Shown: positions 14,399-25,864 of the stretch, piece after piece
How the letters are laid out: each line of letters begins with the position of its first letter
Position numbering within the stretch: position 1 is the stretch's first letter
Assembly (NCBI GenBank): GCA_965153355.1
Contig: OZ231126.1
Coordinates: forward strand, 18,352,001 to 18,416,000
From: Flaccisagitta enflata
Taxonomy: Eukaryota
Length of the DNA stretch: 64,000 nucleotides
Direction: 5' to 3'
Notes under the pieces: model-generated
Told to the model about the DNA's origin: nothing
Database searches by the model: none
Seen by the model: the letters and a program-made list of their open reading frames with translations, nothing else
Made by a program: the position numbers and the translations under genes

Positions 14399-14770
14399 CT
14401 GCTTCAGCCAAAATACAAACAAAATCCAGCCAAAATCCAGCCAAAATTCTGCAAAACTCCATTCAAAATCCAGTTGAAATTTTTACTGAATTTGTGGAAA
14501 TTCAGTCAAAATCCAGCTGTATGTAGGCTTAATATCCGCTGGATTTTTGCTGGTTTTTGACTGGATTTTGTTTGTATTTGGTCTGGATTTGAGGCTCAAG
14601 AGGGTGAACGGATGGAGGAGGAGGAGGAGGAGAAATTTCCCCTATGTTTGAAAGCATAGGTCATCGGCCCCTTCAGGGCCATTGCCCAGCTTTCCCTTTA
14701 CACTTGCAACACAACCTACTTGAGTAGGGCACGGGTACTGCTGGCCATCTAACGCTTTCGTGACTATTTC
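13985..14770 (+). mobile_element. HINE-like element family C with 11-bp CCAGCCAAAAT array
   Basis: TTTTTGGGCAGTGGCCCTGAAGGGG start, inverted copy near 14670, internal tandem CAGCCAAAATC. Confidence 0.65.
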
Positions 14771-14870
14771 CTTTCTTTTTTTTTTCATTCTTGCTTTTTT
14801 TCTTTCCTTTTTTTTCATTCCTTCCTTCATTCTTCTTATTTTTCTGTCTTTCTTTCCGTGTTCCTTTTTC

Positions 14871-15578
14871 TTGGGCAGCGGCCCCGAAGGGGACGAAGTC
14901 CTGTAGAACACAGGTGGACTTTCGTTCGTTCGTCCATCCGTTCGTCCGTTCGTCCCCCCCCATCAGGCCCCTCAGACCCCACATCCAGCCTCTCAGGTCT
15001 CAAATCTGGCCTCTCAGGCCTCAAATCCGGCCTCTCAGGCCTCAAATCCAGCCTCTCAGGCCTCAAATCCGGCCTCTCAGGCCTCAAATCCGGCCCCTCA
15101 GGCCTCAAATCCGGCCCCTCAGGCCTCAAATCTTGTCCCTCAGGTCTCAAATCTGGCCTGTCAGGTCTCTAATCCGGCCTGTAAGGCCTTAAACCTGGCC
15201 TCTCTGGCCTCAAATTAGCCCTTTCAGGCCTCAAACTAGCCCTCTCAGGCCACAAACTAGCCCTCTCAGGCCACAAATTATCCCTTTCAGGCCTCAAATT
15301 AGGGCTCACAGGCCTAAAAGTAGTGCTGTCAGGCTTCAAATCAGACCTGATGGCCATTTAAGCCTTGGGAAAGCCTTCAGACTCTTGAAGGCCTTCAATC
15401 AGTGCACTATAGCATCTCATCAATGTTGTCAGGCAGGATGAACAAATGTCCCCCTGTGTTCTACAGGACTTTGTCCCCTTCGGGGCCGCTGCCCTGCTTC
15501 CCCTCACGCAAATTCATAATCATGCAAAGCAGGGCAATGGGTATCGCTGACCACATATTGCCCTTGGGCGACCTGTTT
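14871..15578 (+). mobile_element. HINE-like element family B with 21-bp GGCCTCTCAGGCCTCAAATCC array
   Basis: SubTIR GGGCAGCGGCCCCGAAGGGGACGAAGTCCTGTAGAACACAGG and its inverse, then a 3' stem and GCCCTTGGGCGACCTGTT end; T-rich insertion site. Confidence 0.8.
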
Positions 15579-16740
15579 GTTTTTCTTTTTCTTTTTCTTT
15601 TTCTTTTTTTTTCTTTTCTTTTTCTTCTTTCTCTTCTTCCTCTTCCTCTTCTTCCTCCTCTTCCTCCTCTTCTTCCTTTTCTTCTCTTCCAGAACCTTCC
15701 GAGATTTCCCCATGTCCTTCCGAGTAGCAGCGCCACTCGCTACTCCAGAAAAAGCACGCCTGGCATTGTATAGTTTTCATAAGAAATTAAAAATTCATAT
15801 TCTAAGCCACCGTTGTAGTTTTATAACGGTGGCTTTGAGAAAGAAAATTTTATTTTTTAAGAAAACTATATAGTGCGACCTTTCAAATGAAAGGGAATTT
15901 CATAAGGATTAACATTATGCTGTCTGTCAATTGACAGGTCAAACCAACCTGAAAAAAAAGTGTATACAAAATGAACCAAAAAATCTTGAATTTTTTATTT
16001 TTTACAACAAGCGCCTTGGGAAAGATTTTCTACTTGATAGTCCTTGGTCTGTATACTCATGAGCTCTGCAAAAATGCAAAAAACCGCATAGTAATATTCT
16101 TGTCTCAAACCTTATGTGAGACAGCAGTGCATGGGGTTGCAATCTTGTTGAGGACGGGCGTCCAACAGGGGGGGCCGGCAACCCCTCAAACATGCCGTAA
16201 GAATTAATTTTTTTCTTGTTTCACACAAATTCATGTCCAACTAAGAAAAATCTGCTGTCAAATCAATTCTTACGGCCTAGGAAGATAGCTAAAATAAATT
16301 TTAGGAATATAAAAGATTAATAAAATCAGATTGTATTGGCAATCGTCAAAGAAGAGGTTGAGGAAACATTTTATTGTTCTTAACAAAATGTAGCAAAGGA
16401 TAATTCATCAATGTTTCACTCCATCCTCAACTGCACTATGACACACAAAAATCGAGTTTCGTTAGTAATCAAAGATTACAAATTGATCAAAGAATTTCTT
16501 GATAGTGACTTTTTCTGACCATAAAAAGATCAAAAATTAAAACAAAGTAGTAGAATTTGCTCCAAAGAAAATAGTCGTACCCTAAAAGAGCTCTTTAGAC
16601 ATTATCAGCCTCCTTCCTCCTCTGGGCGTCCAATCACCATCCACATTCTCCCTCATAGACAAAATGACACAAGAAGCATCTATTTAGAACAATTGTTTTT
16701 CCACTTTTTGACTCAATCATTACGCAAGCTGATAGACTGA

Positions 16741-17357
16741 CACAGTGGGCCTTAATCAGATATGGGTTCAAAAAAATCCTCAGCAGTAGTGACTTGTATA
16801 AATAAGTATAATTTATAGTGAAGAATTGATATTGACCCTTAAAAAAAAATTTCCCTTGAAAGTTTTTGCAAAAATCACTAAAATATGTCCATTTTCTTAT
16901 ATATTTATACATAGATCTCAATGATCCATCAATTTTGAAATTCTGATTCCAGTTTCATATTCCTGGTAAAATTTCCAATCATTTGATAGGTCACACTATA
17001 TACTTTCATGTAAAAATAAAATTTTCGTATTTTAGGCCACCGTTGCATTTTTGTAACGGTGACATAGAAAATGAAAATTTTATTTTTACATGAAAGTATA
17101 TAGTGTGACCTATCAAACAATTGGAAATTTTACCAGGAATATGAATCTTGAATCAGAATTTCAAAATTGATAGATCATTGAGATCTATCCAGAAATATAT
17201 AAGAAAATGGACACATTTTAGTGATTTTTGCGAAAACTTTCAAGGGAAATTTTTTTTAAGGGTCAATATCGATTTGTCACTATAAAATGTACCTATTTAT
17301 ACTAGTCACTACTGCTGAGGATTTTTTTGGACCCATATCCAATTAAGGCCCACTGTG
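16741..17357. mobile_element. Second CACAGTG-ended foldback MITE (same family as 542-1146)
   Basis: CACAGTGGGCCTTAAT…ATTAAGGCCCACTGTG; 4-bp TSD CTGA; inserted into a family-A element. Confidence 0.88.
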
Positions 17358-17412
17358 CTGATGGATGGCCAGACAAAGCATCTTATGGAGTTGCGTGTCC
17401 ACAACTACAAAC

Positions 17413-17707
17413 CAGGGGTGTATATAGTTGAGCGGCTTTTGATTTTATTCCCCCCTGCCTTTGATTTTCTTCCCCGCTACGCGACATGTCGCGTTACAAA
17501 ATCAGTGATTTTCTTCCCCTCAAAGCTATAAAACAGTATATTCTAGGTTTGAATAGTGTTAAATTGTGTTGTAGTCATTGTATTTTACCTTTTGGTACTA
17601 CCAAAAGTGTTAGATCTTCAGATTTTTTTTTCTTTTTTTCAACCTTTTGATTTTATTCTCCCCCCACGGGGGGAGGGGGGGGAAATACTCAACTTTATTC
17701 ACCCCTG
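17413..17707. mobile_element. hAT-like MITE
   Basis: TIR CAGGGGTG…CACCCCTG; 8-bp TSD CTACAAAC. A related end lies at about 10520-10594. Confidence 0.85.
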
Positions 17708-17980
17708 CTACAAACATCTCTCTTGAAATATCGATTTTAGCATTACTCCGTGATTTTTGGTAGTTGTACGTCTTGTCTTCAAACCTTACACCCCTAGTTA
17801 AAATCTAAAATTTTTGGCTTAGGGCCCATTTTTCAAACATTTTAAAAGATAAAAGATTTGATGTGGAAATGGGCACCAGAGCCTGATTTGAAAATTTGTA
17901 CCAGGGGCCCCAGCCACCTGCAACCCAACATAGTCTAAAAATCAGGGTTTTTTTCTTCTTCTCCTTTGTTTTCCTCTCCT

Positions 17981-20166
17981 TTTTGGGCAGCGGCCCCAAA
18001 GGGCCGATGTCCTGTAGGACACAGGGGGGAATTTCCAGACGTCCGTCCTTCCGTCCGTCCTTCCGTCCGTCCCCCCCCCCCCGGTTGGCCATCGAGGCCT
18101 CATATCCTCACTCTCAGTCCTGATTTAGGCCCTCTAAGCCCTCAAATTAGACCTTCAGGCCTCAAATCAGCTCTCCGGGCCTCAAATCAGCTCTCCAGAC
18201 CTCAAATCAGCATTCAAGGCCCCAAATCAGCTCTCCAGGCCTCAAATCCGCTCTCCAGACCTCAAATCAGCATTCCAGGCCCCAAATCAGCCCTCCAGGC
18301 CTCAAATCTGCCCCCAAGGCCTAAAGCCTGCCCCAGGACCTCAAATCTAATCTTCAGGCATAAATCTTCCTCCAGACCTCAAACCCCGCCTCAATTACCT
18401 CTTAGGCCTGCTATATTCCCCCTCAGGACGTCTGGAAATTCCCCCCTGTGTCCTACAGGACATCGGCCCTTTGGGGCCGCTGCCCTGCTCTCACTCCACT
18501 ACTTCACTTGATTACCCCAAGCAGGGCATCGGGTACCGCTGACCATGTGCGATCCTTGGATGACTAGTTTTCTTTTACGTCACTTTTCTCTTTCCTCTTC
18601 TCTTTTTTCTTTCCTCTTCTCTTTTTCTCCTCTTTTCTCTCTTTTTTGGGCAGCGGCCCCGAAGGGGACGATGTCCTGTAGAACACAGGGGACTTTTGTT
18701 CGTTCGTTCGTTTGTCCGTTCGTCCCCCCCCTATCAGGCCCCTCAGGCCTCAAACCTGGCCTCTGAGACCTCACATCTGGCCTCTCAGGCCTAAAATCCA
18801 GCCTATTAGTTCTCAAATCCAGCCTCTCAGGCCATAAACCCAGCCTCTCAGGTCTCAAATCCAACCTCTCAGGCCTCAAACCTGGCCTCTCAGGCCTCAA
18901 ATTAGGCTTCTCAGGCCTCAAATCCTAATGCTCAGGGCTAAAACCTGGCCTCTGAGACCTCACATCTGGCCTCTCAGGCCTAAAATCCAGCCTATTAGTT
19001 CTCAAATCCAGCCTCTCAGGCCATAAACCCGGCCTCTCAGGTCTCAAATCCAACCTCTCAGGCCTCAAACCTGGCCTCTCAGGCCTCAAATTAGGCTTCT
19101 CAGGCCTCAAATCCTAATGCTCAGGGCTAAAACCTGGCCTCTCAGGCCTCAAATTAGGCCTCTCAGGCCTAAAATCAGCTAAGCCTCAATTTATTGGTCT
19201 CAGGCTTCAAATCAGTCCTCTCACCTTTCAAACCTTAATCCAGCTCTCTCAAGCCTCAAGCCAGCCATCTCAAGCTTCCGATTGACATTCTCAGGCCTTA
19301 CATCAGCCTTCTTGGACCTCAGTTAAGGCTCTTGAAGGCCTTCAGTCAGCATCTCATCCACTTCTTCAGGCAGGACAAATGAAATTTCCCCTGTGTTCTA
19401 CAGGACATCGTCCCCTTTGGGGCCGCTGCCCTGCTTCCCCTCACTCCAATTCACAATCACTCAAAGCAGGGCAACGGGTATCGCTGACCACATATTGCCC
19501 TTGGGCGACCTGTTCCTCTCTCCTTTCCCCTTCTTTCTTTTTTGGGCAGCGGCCCCGAAGGGGACGAAGTCCTGTAGAACACAGGGGGACTTTTGTTCGT
19601 CCGTCCGTCCGTCCGTTCGTCCGTTCGTTCGTTAGTCCCCCCCCTTCATCAGACCCCTCAGGCCTCAAATCCGGCCTCAAATCTGGCCTCAAATCTGGCC
19701 TCTCAGGCCGCAAATCCAGCCTCTCTGGTCTCAAATCCAGCCTCCCAGGCCTCAAATCTAGCCTCTCAGGACTCAAATCCAAATTCTCAGGCCTCAAACC
19801 TGGCCTCTCATGCCTCAAATTAAGCCTCTCAGGCCTCAAATCAGCCATCTAAACCTCTATTCATTGCTCCAAGGCGTCAAATCAGTCCTCTGGCCTCTCA
19901 AGCCTTAATCCAGCTCTCTCAAGCCTCAAGTTAGCCCTCCCAAGCTTCCAATTGGCATTCTGAGGCCTTATCTCAGCCTTCTTAGACCTGGGTTTAGGCT
20001 CTTGAATGCCACTTCTTCAGGTAGGACGAACAAAAGTCCCCCTGTGTTCTACAGGACTTCGTCCCCATCGGGGCCGCTGCCCTGCTTCCCCTCACTCTAA
20101 TTCACAATCACTCAAAGCAGGGCAACGGGTATCGCTGACCACATATTGCCCTTGGGCGACCTGTTT
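17981..20166 (+). mobile_element. Three consecutive family-B HINE copies (about 17981-18570, 18646-19514, 19541-20166)
   Basis: Each has the GGGCAGCGGCCCC subTIR pair, 21-bp internal arrays and a 3' hairpin; they are separated by CT-rich tracts. Confidence 0.8.
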
Positions 20167-20362
20167 CCCTCTAAGCGCGAGGCCCCCCCAAAGCGCGAGG
20201 CCTGAGGCACTGCCTCCTTAGCCTACTTGTTGATCAGGCTCAGATTTTAGGTCACTTGATTATTTGGGCAGGGGCAGTGAGGCCAAAAACAGCAAAAACC
20301 CAAAAATAGTAAAGTGTGATGGACGGATGGACCAACGGACCAACGGATCGACAAAGCGGGTT

Positions 20363-21810
20363 CACAGTCCATCAAATCCCACCCTGATGGGAAAAAAACA
20401 CCTAACGCCACTTTATCCCACTCCACCCACCTACACAGTCCATCAAATCCAACCCTGATGGGAAAAAAACACCTAACGCCACTTTATCCCACTCCACCCA
20501 CCTACACAGTCCATCAAATCCCACCCTGATGGAAAAACACCTAACGCCACTTCCCTCACACCTACCATCCATCAATCCCACCCTGATGGGAAAAAACACC
20601 TAACGCACTTTCCCACTCCACCCACCTACAGTCCATCAAATCCCACCCTGATGGGAAAAACACTAACGCCTTATCCTCACACCCTACACAGTCCATCAAA
20701 TCACCCTGATGGGAAAAAACACCAACGCCGCTTTATCCACTCACCCTACACAGTCCATCAAATCCACCTGATGGAAAAAAACACCTAACGCCACTTTATC
20801 CCTCACACCTACACAGTCCATCGTCCCACCTGATGGGAAAAACACCTAACCACTTTATCCCACTCCACCCACCTCACACGGTCATCACCTGATGGGAAAA
20901 AACACCCTACGCCTTTGTCCCACTTTACCTACACAGTCCATAAATCCCACCCTGATGGGAAAAAACACCTAACCACTTTATCCCACTCCACCCACCTACA
21001 CAGTCCATCAAATCCCACCTATGGGAAAAAACACCTACTGCCACTTTATCCCTCCACCCCACTCACAGTCCATCAAATCCCACCCTGATGGGAAAAACAC
21101 CTAACACCACTTTATCCTCCACCCCACCTACAGTCCATCAAATCCCACCCTGATGGGAAAAAAGCACTAACGCCCACTGTCCACTCACCTACACAGTCCA
21201 TCAAATCCCACCCTGATGGGAAAAAACCTAACGCCACTTTATCCCTCCACTTCTACACAGTCCATCAGTCCCACCCTGATGGAAAACACCTAACGCCACT
21301 TTATCCCACTCCACCCACCTACACAGTCCATCAAATCCCACCCTGATAGGAAAAAACACCTAACGCCACTTTATCCCACTCCACCCACTACAGTCCATCA
21401 AATCCCACCCTGATGGGAAAAAACACCTAACGCCACTTTATCCCACTCCACCCACCTACACAGTCCATCAAATCCCACCCTGATGAAAAAAACACCTAAC
21501 ACCTTCATCCCACTCCACCCACCTAACACAGTCCATCAAATTCAACCCTGATGGGAAAACACAATTAACGCCACTTTATCCCACTCCACCCTACACAGTC
21601 CATCAAATCCCACCCTGATGGAAAAAAACACCTAACGCCACTTTATCCCACTCCACCCACCTACACAGTCCATCAAATCCCACCCTGATGGGAAAAAAAC
21701 ACCTAACGCCACTTTATCCCACTCCACCCACCTACACAGTCCATCAAATCCCACCCTGATGGGAAAAAAACACCTAAAGCCACTTTATCCCACTCCACCC
21801 ACCTATACCC
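20363..21810. repeat. 71-bp tandem array (~21 copies) inserted in a family-A element
   Basis: Unit CACAGTCCATCAAATCCCACCCTGATGGGAAAAAAACACCTAACGCCACTTTATCCCACTCCACCCACCTA; flanked by GGTT on both sides. Confidence 0.92.
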
Positions 21811-22032
21811 GGTTGTAGAATCGCGTAGCACGCGACTAAAAATTGCTTTTAGAGACTTCTGAGCAAAACTAAAGTTTAAACAGTACAATTGCCTAAAAAG
21901 AGTATGCCGTCTAGCTCCTTGTAGTCTTTAATGATTAGGTTGCCATTTCCTGACTAAATAGATGTATAACCAATGCTTGTTTTCAGACACAGTGAATGAA
22001 CTCCATAAAAATATCTAATTTGCAAAAGAATA

Positions 22033-23731
22033 AATTCAAATTGAAAAATCTTGAAAGAGTATGGCTCCGCGACTGGGGTCAATCAGCGTTGTCAAATGGC
22101 GTTGTCAAATGACATTGTCAAACGGCGTTGTCAGACGGCGTTGTCAAACGGCGTTATCAAACGGCGTTGTCAAACGGCGTTGTCAAACGGCGTTGTCAAA
22201 CGGCGTTGTCAAACGGCGTTGTCAAATGGCATTTTCAAACGGCATTGTCAAACGGCGTTGTCAAACGGCATTGTCAAACGGCGTTGTCATACTGCGTTGT
22301 AAAACAGCATTGTAAAACGGTGTTGTCAAACGGCGTTGTCAAACGGCGTTGTCAAACAGCGGTGTCAAATGACATTGTCAACTGACATTGTCAAACAACA
22401 TTGTCAAACGACATTGTCAAACGACATTGTCAAACAACATTGTCAAACGACATTGTCAAACGACATTGTCAAACAACATTGTCAAACGACATTGTCAAAC
22501 GACATTGTCAAACGACATTGTCAAACAACATTGTCAAACAACATTGTCAAATGGCATTGTCAAATGGCATTGACAAACGGCATTGTCAAAAGGCATTGTC
22601 AAACGGCACTGTCAGACAGCATATGTTAAGCTGTATCACTTCAAGTCTCTGTAGCAAGTTTTAATCAAATTGGTGGAAGACGGCCAAAACTATGCAAGTT
22701 TTTTTCACTTTTAAGAAGGTAGGGTGGTTAATAAACTGGTTTTGCCGGTTAGTATGCATGTTAAATCATTTACAAACATCAAGTTGTTTCATTTTGAGTC
22801 TAGATACCAAGTTTTAACCGAATTGGTTGAAAATGATATAGATTTTGCACATTTATCACTTTGAGGGTGGTAGGCTGGCTGGCTGATGGGCCAGTTAGCA
22901 TGCTAAAATCTTTATAAATCAAATTCATTTGTTGAGTCCTTTTAGGGACTACATACCAAGTTTCAACCAAATCGGTTGACAAATTCCGAAGTTATGCACG
23001 TTTTTCACTTTTAGGCTGGTGGGCTAGTTTGGTGGTAGGCTGGTTTGGCTGGTTAGCATGCTAAAATCTTTACAATTGAAATACATATGTTGAGTCCTTC
23101 CATTTAGAGACTACACACCAAGTTTCAACCAAATTGGTTGAAAAATGCCGATGTAATGCACATTTTTAACTTTTAGGCTGGTAGGCTATTTGGCTGGTAG
23201 GCTGGTTTGGCCAGTTAGCACGCTAAAACCTTTACAATTCAAATACACATGTTGAGTTCTTTCATTTAGAGACTAAATACCGAGTTTCAACCAAATTAGT
23301 AGAAAAATGACGAAGTTATGCCTGTTTTTCATTTTTAGGCTAGTAGGCTAGTTGGGTGGTGGGCCGGTTTGGCCGGTTAACATGCTAAAATCTGTACAAA
23401 TCAAATACATATGTTGAGTCTTTCCATTTAAAGACTACATACCAAGTTTCAACCAAATTGGTTGAAAAATGCCGAAGTTATGCACGTTTTTCACTTTTAG
23501 GCTGGTAGGCTGGTTGGGTGGGTCGGATCATAACATACGCATAGGACGTAAAGCGGCTTACCCTAGTACAACTTCCCTCAAAATATGAAGCAAATCGGTT
23601 AAGGCGTTCAAAAGTTAACCCATTTTTAAAAGTGTGGACGACGACAACAACAACGACGACAACGACAATGACGACACCCACCTGCCTCAAATTATAGTCC
23701 GCGTTGGAATGGTATTCCGTCGCCGACAAAA
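22033..23731 (-). mobile_element. Helentron-like element carrying a 14-bp array (about 22085-22615) and a ~160-bp array (about 22630-23520)
   Basis: (AAACGGCGTTGTC/AAACGACATTGTC-type) 14-bp repeats; ACCAAGTTTCAACCAAAT recurring about every 160 bp; end …GGAATGGTATTCCGTCGCCGACAAAAA. A short relative lies at about 8375-8490. Confidence 0.6.
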
Positions 23732-24713
23732 ACAATCGAATACAAGTGTTAAGTATGAGGGTTTGGGGTGAGAGAAAGTTGCTTGGGTCTTAGCAATAGA
23801 TCTGTCCCATGTCCAATAGAAATTCTATACCGGCCCATCCTCATGTGATCATAGGTTTTGCGTAAAGCTACATGACTGAAACATTGGGGGGGGGGGGGCA
23901 CATTCTTTGAAATCTGTAGGATCACGGTTTTACTTCACGAGAGTTCTTTTGCTTAATAAGTACGATACTGCATGTCAAATTGACTAAAGAAAATCCTGAA
24001 CTACAAAAGTGCAGGTGACCCAATGGGGCGATTGAAAATGTTTGTCTCTGGAGTCTCTGGACAGTCAGTAAAGTCTATGTGGTGAGCGCCGTCGATGAGT
24101 TCTTTTATATTGAGCGCTGTTTCAGTTCCTAGCTGATCGCATTACGCCGTGCAAGAGAAGGGCGCCAATTTTTGTAGTAGCACGCAAATGTGGATGAGAG
24201 GAAGGAGACGTTGACAGGAATCGTGTGCATAGTCACACAATGCTGAACAGCTTAAAGTAAAGAGCATAGAGTATAGATTAGAAATCAATTAACGAAGCCA
24301 CTCTTAAACCCCCCCCCCCCTTATCAGTCTGTCCGTCAGTCCCCTTTTCACTTGGATTTCATAATCTTTAGCCTCACTGCCTCTGCCCAAATACACTAGC
24401 AACCTCAAAATAAGCCCTTGCATGTCCGCACGCGACTGTATCTGACGTCCAGCCTTCTTCTCGACTAAGCAATGCTTATCATGGGACCATCTAGAAGCAT
24501 AATACAACCATGAATGTAATTGTAAAGACTTGGCTTTTACCTTGACTTTTACCTTGATGTATTGCTTGATTTGGCTTGACATTTGCTGATGCTAGAGAAT
24601 TCCATCAACGCAACAAAAATTCGTAATCCAGTTCATCCCTGTTGAGTAGAGTGCATACTAAACGAGTTGTAGGTTGAATATCAAAACAAGCAAGAGTCAT
24701 TTTTTTGTAAATA

Positions 24714-25864
24714 CACTTTTTTTTTATAAGAACTAAGTTTATAAGAACGTTAGGCTTAAAATCATCAAAACTTTAAGAACATGCTTAATACATTGGAAGG
24801 CTTCATTTCTTCAAAAATTTAAGAACCTTAAGTTTAAAATCTTACGAATCTAGACATTTTTTTCTAGGCTTTTTTTAAACAATTGTTTTTTGTAAATGAA
24901 CGGACTCTGTATCTTTGTTCAGCAAATCATGTCTCACTTTATATAAGTATATTTTTCTACTTTCATTGATGTTAATTCACTTGAAACGTTTAAACCTGCT
25001 GTTTTTTTTTCTTTGACATTTTCCTTCATTTTCTCCTTAATTGGAAAAAAGTCGAATTATGTAATTCGACTTTTTGAAACGTAGGTGAGAAATAAAGTTT
25101 TCCATTTTCGGTTTGCGGTAATTTTTGAAAGTTGTGCAGTTTTTGGGCTGGGAGTATACATTTTTTTATATTCATAGCTAAGAAAGAGCTTATCTTCCTC
25201 TTTCAAATGGCGCCAACCAGAAGTCTCTACGATCAATAATTTTGGCTCTATGAATTTTTCAATCTTTTCTTATTTTTTGGCGTTTTCGCAAAAATCGATA
25301 TTTTTTATTAATCTTTTTTTTTTGCCCTATGTAACAAGAGAGAGTAAGCAAGATGTTACACAAATTGACCCTAACCTTTATGACACTAGCTTTTGCATTT
25401 TACTCTGCTTGAGTGAGAGAGAGAGAAAAAAAAAAAGAATAGAAAGAGAAAGACAGAAAGAGACACACACTCCCCCCCTACACACACACATACACACACA
25501 CATTCAAAATCAAATAGAGATACAGAGAGAGACGCACACACACACACACACACACACACACTCTCAAAGACAAAGGAAGACCAAGAAAGAGACACAGAGA
25601 GACAGATTGAATGACAAAAACCAAAAAGCAATCAACCAGACATCATTAGATGCACACACAAGAACATGCACTGAAAAAACTCCCACTTACGACTTTTTTC
25701 CGGTCGGCGAGAGCCGCCTTTATTGGTAACAAACTAAACATTCTTAAATGAAGGTTACAAAGTGGGTTTAAATTAATTAAGAACGTTCAAACCTAGAAAC
25801 TGCTCAAAATTTAAGAACATTGAAGGCTTGCTCAAAAAATGACGTTCTTATGAAAAAAAATGTG
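24714..25864. mobile_element. Tc1/mariner-like MITE with nested insertion
   Basis: TA|CACTTTTTTTTTATAAGAAC … GTTCTTATGAAAAAAAATGTG|TA. Confidence 0.6.

Larger units (their letters stand above)
12981..16129. mobile_element. CAC...GTG element with 4-bp TSD (Chapaev-like), non-autonomous
   Basis: 34-bp TIR CACTACCGTCTCACATAAGGTTTGAGACAAGAAT / ATTCTTGTCTCAAACCTTATGTGAGACAGCAGTG; TSD CATG; 15790-15910 resembles the centre of the 542-1146 MITE. Confidence 0.85.
12905..20243. mobile_element. 7.3-kb hAT-like element hosting many nested insertions
   Basis: Imperfect TIR CTGGGCCCAATCAA / TTGATCAGGCTCAG, subterminal GCGAGGCC repeats, 8-bp TSD ATTTTAGG (12897-12904, 20244-20251). Removing it rejoins a family-A element (compare the intact copy at about 33270-33455). 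Confidence 0.8.

Noticed and set aside
14871-15578. Hairpin-rich HINE ends as self-cleaving ribozymes
   Set aside because: No hammerhead (CUGANGA…GAAA), HDV or twister core could be laid out; subterminal inverted repeats explain the stems.
20363-21810. 71-bp array as a CRISPR or hammerhead array
   Set aside because: There are no variable spacers, and CTGATGGG lacks the conserved CUGANGA core and stem II.
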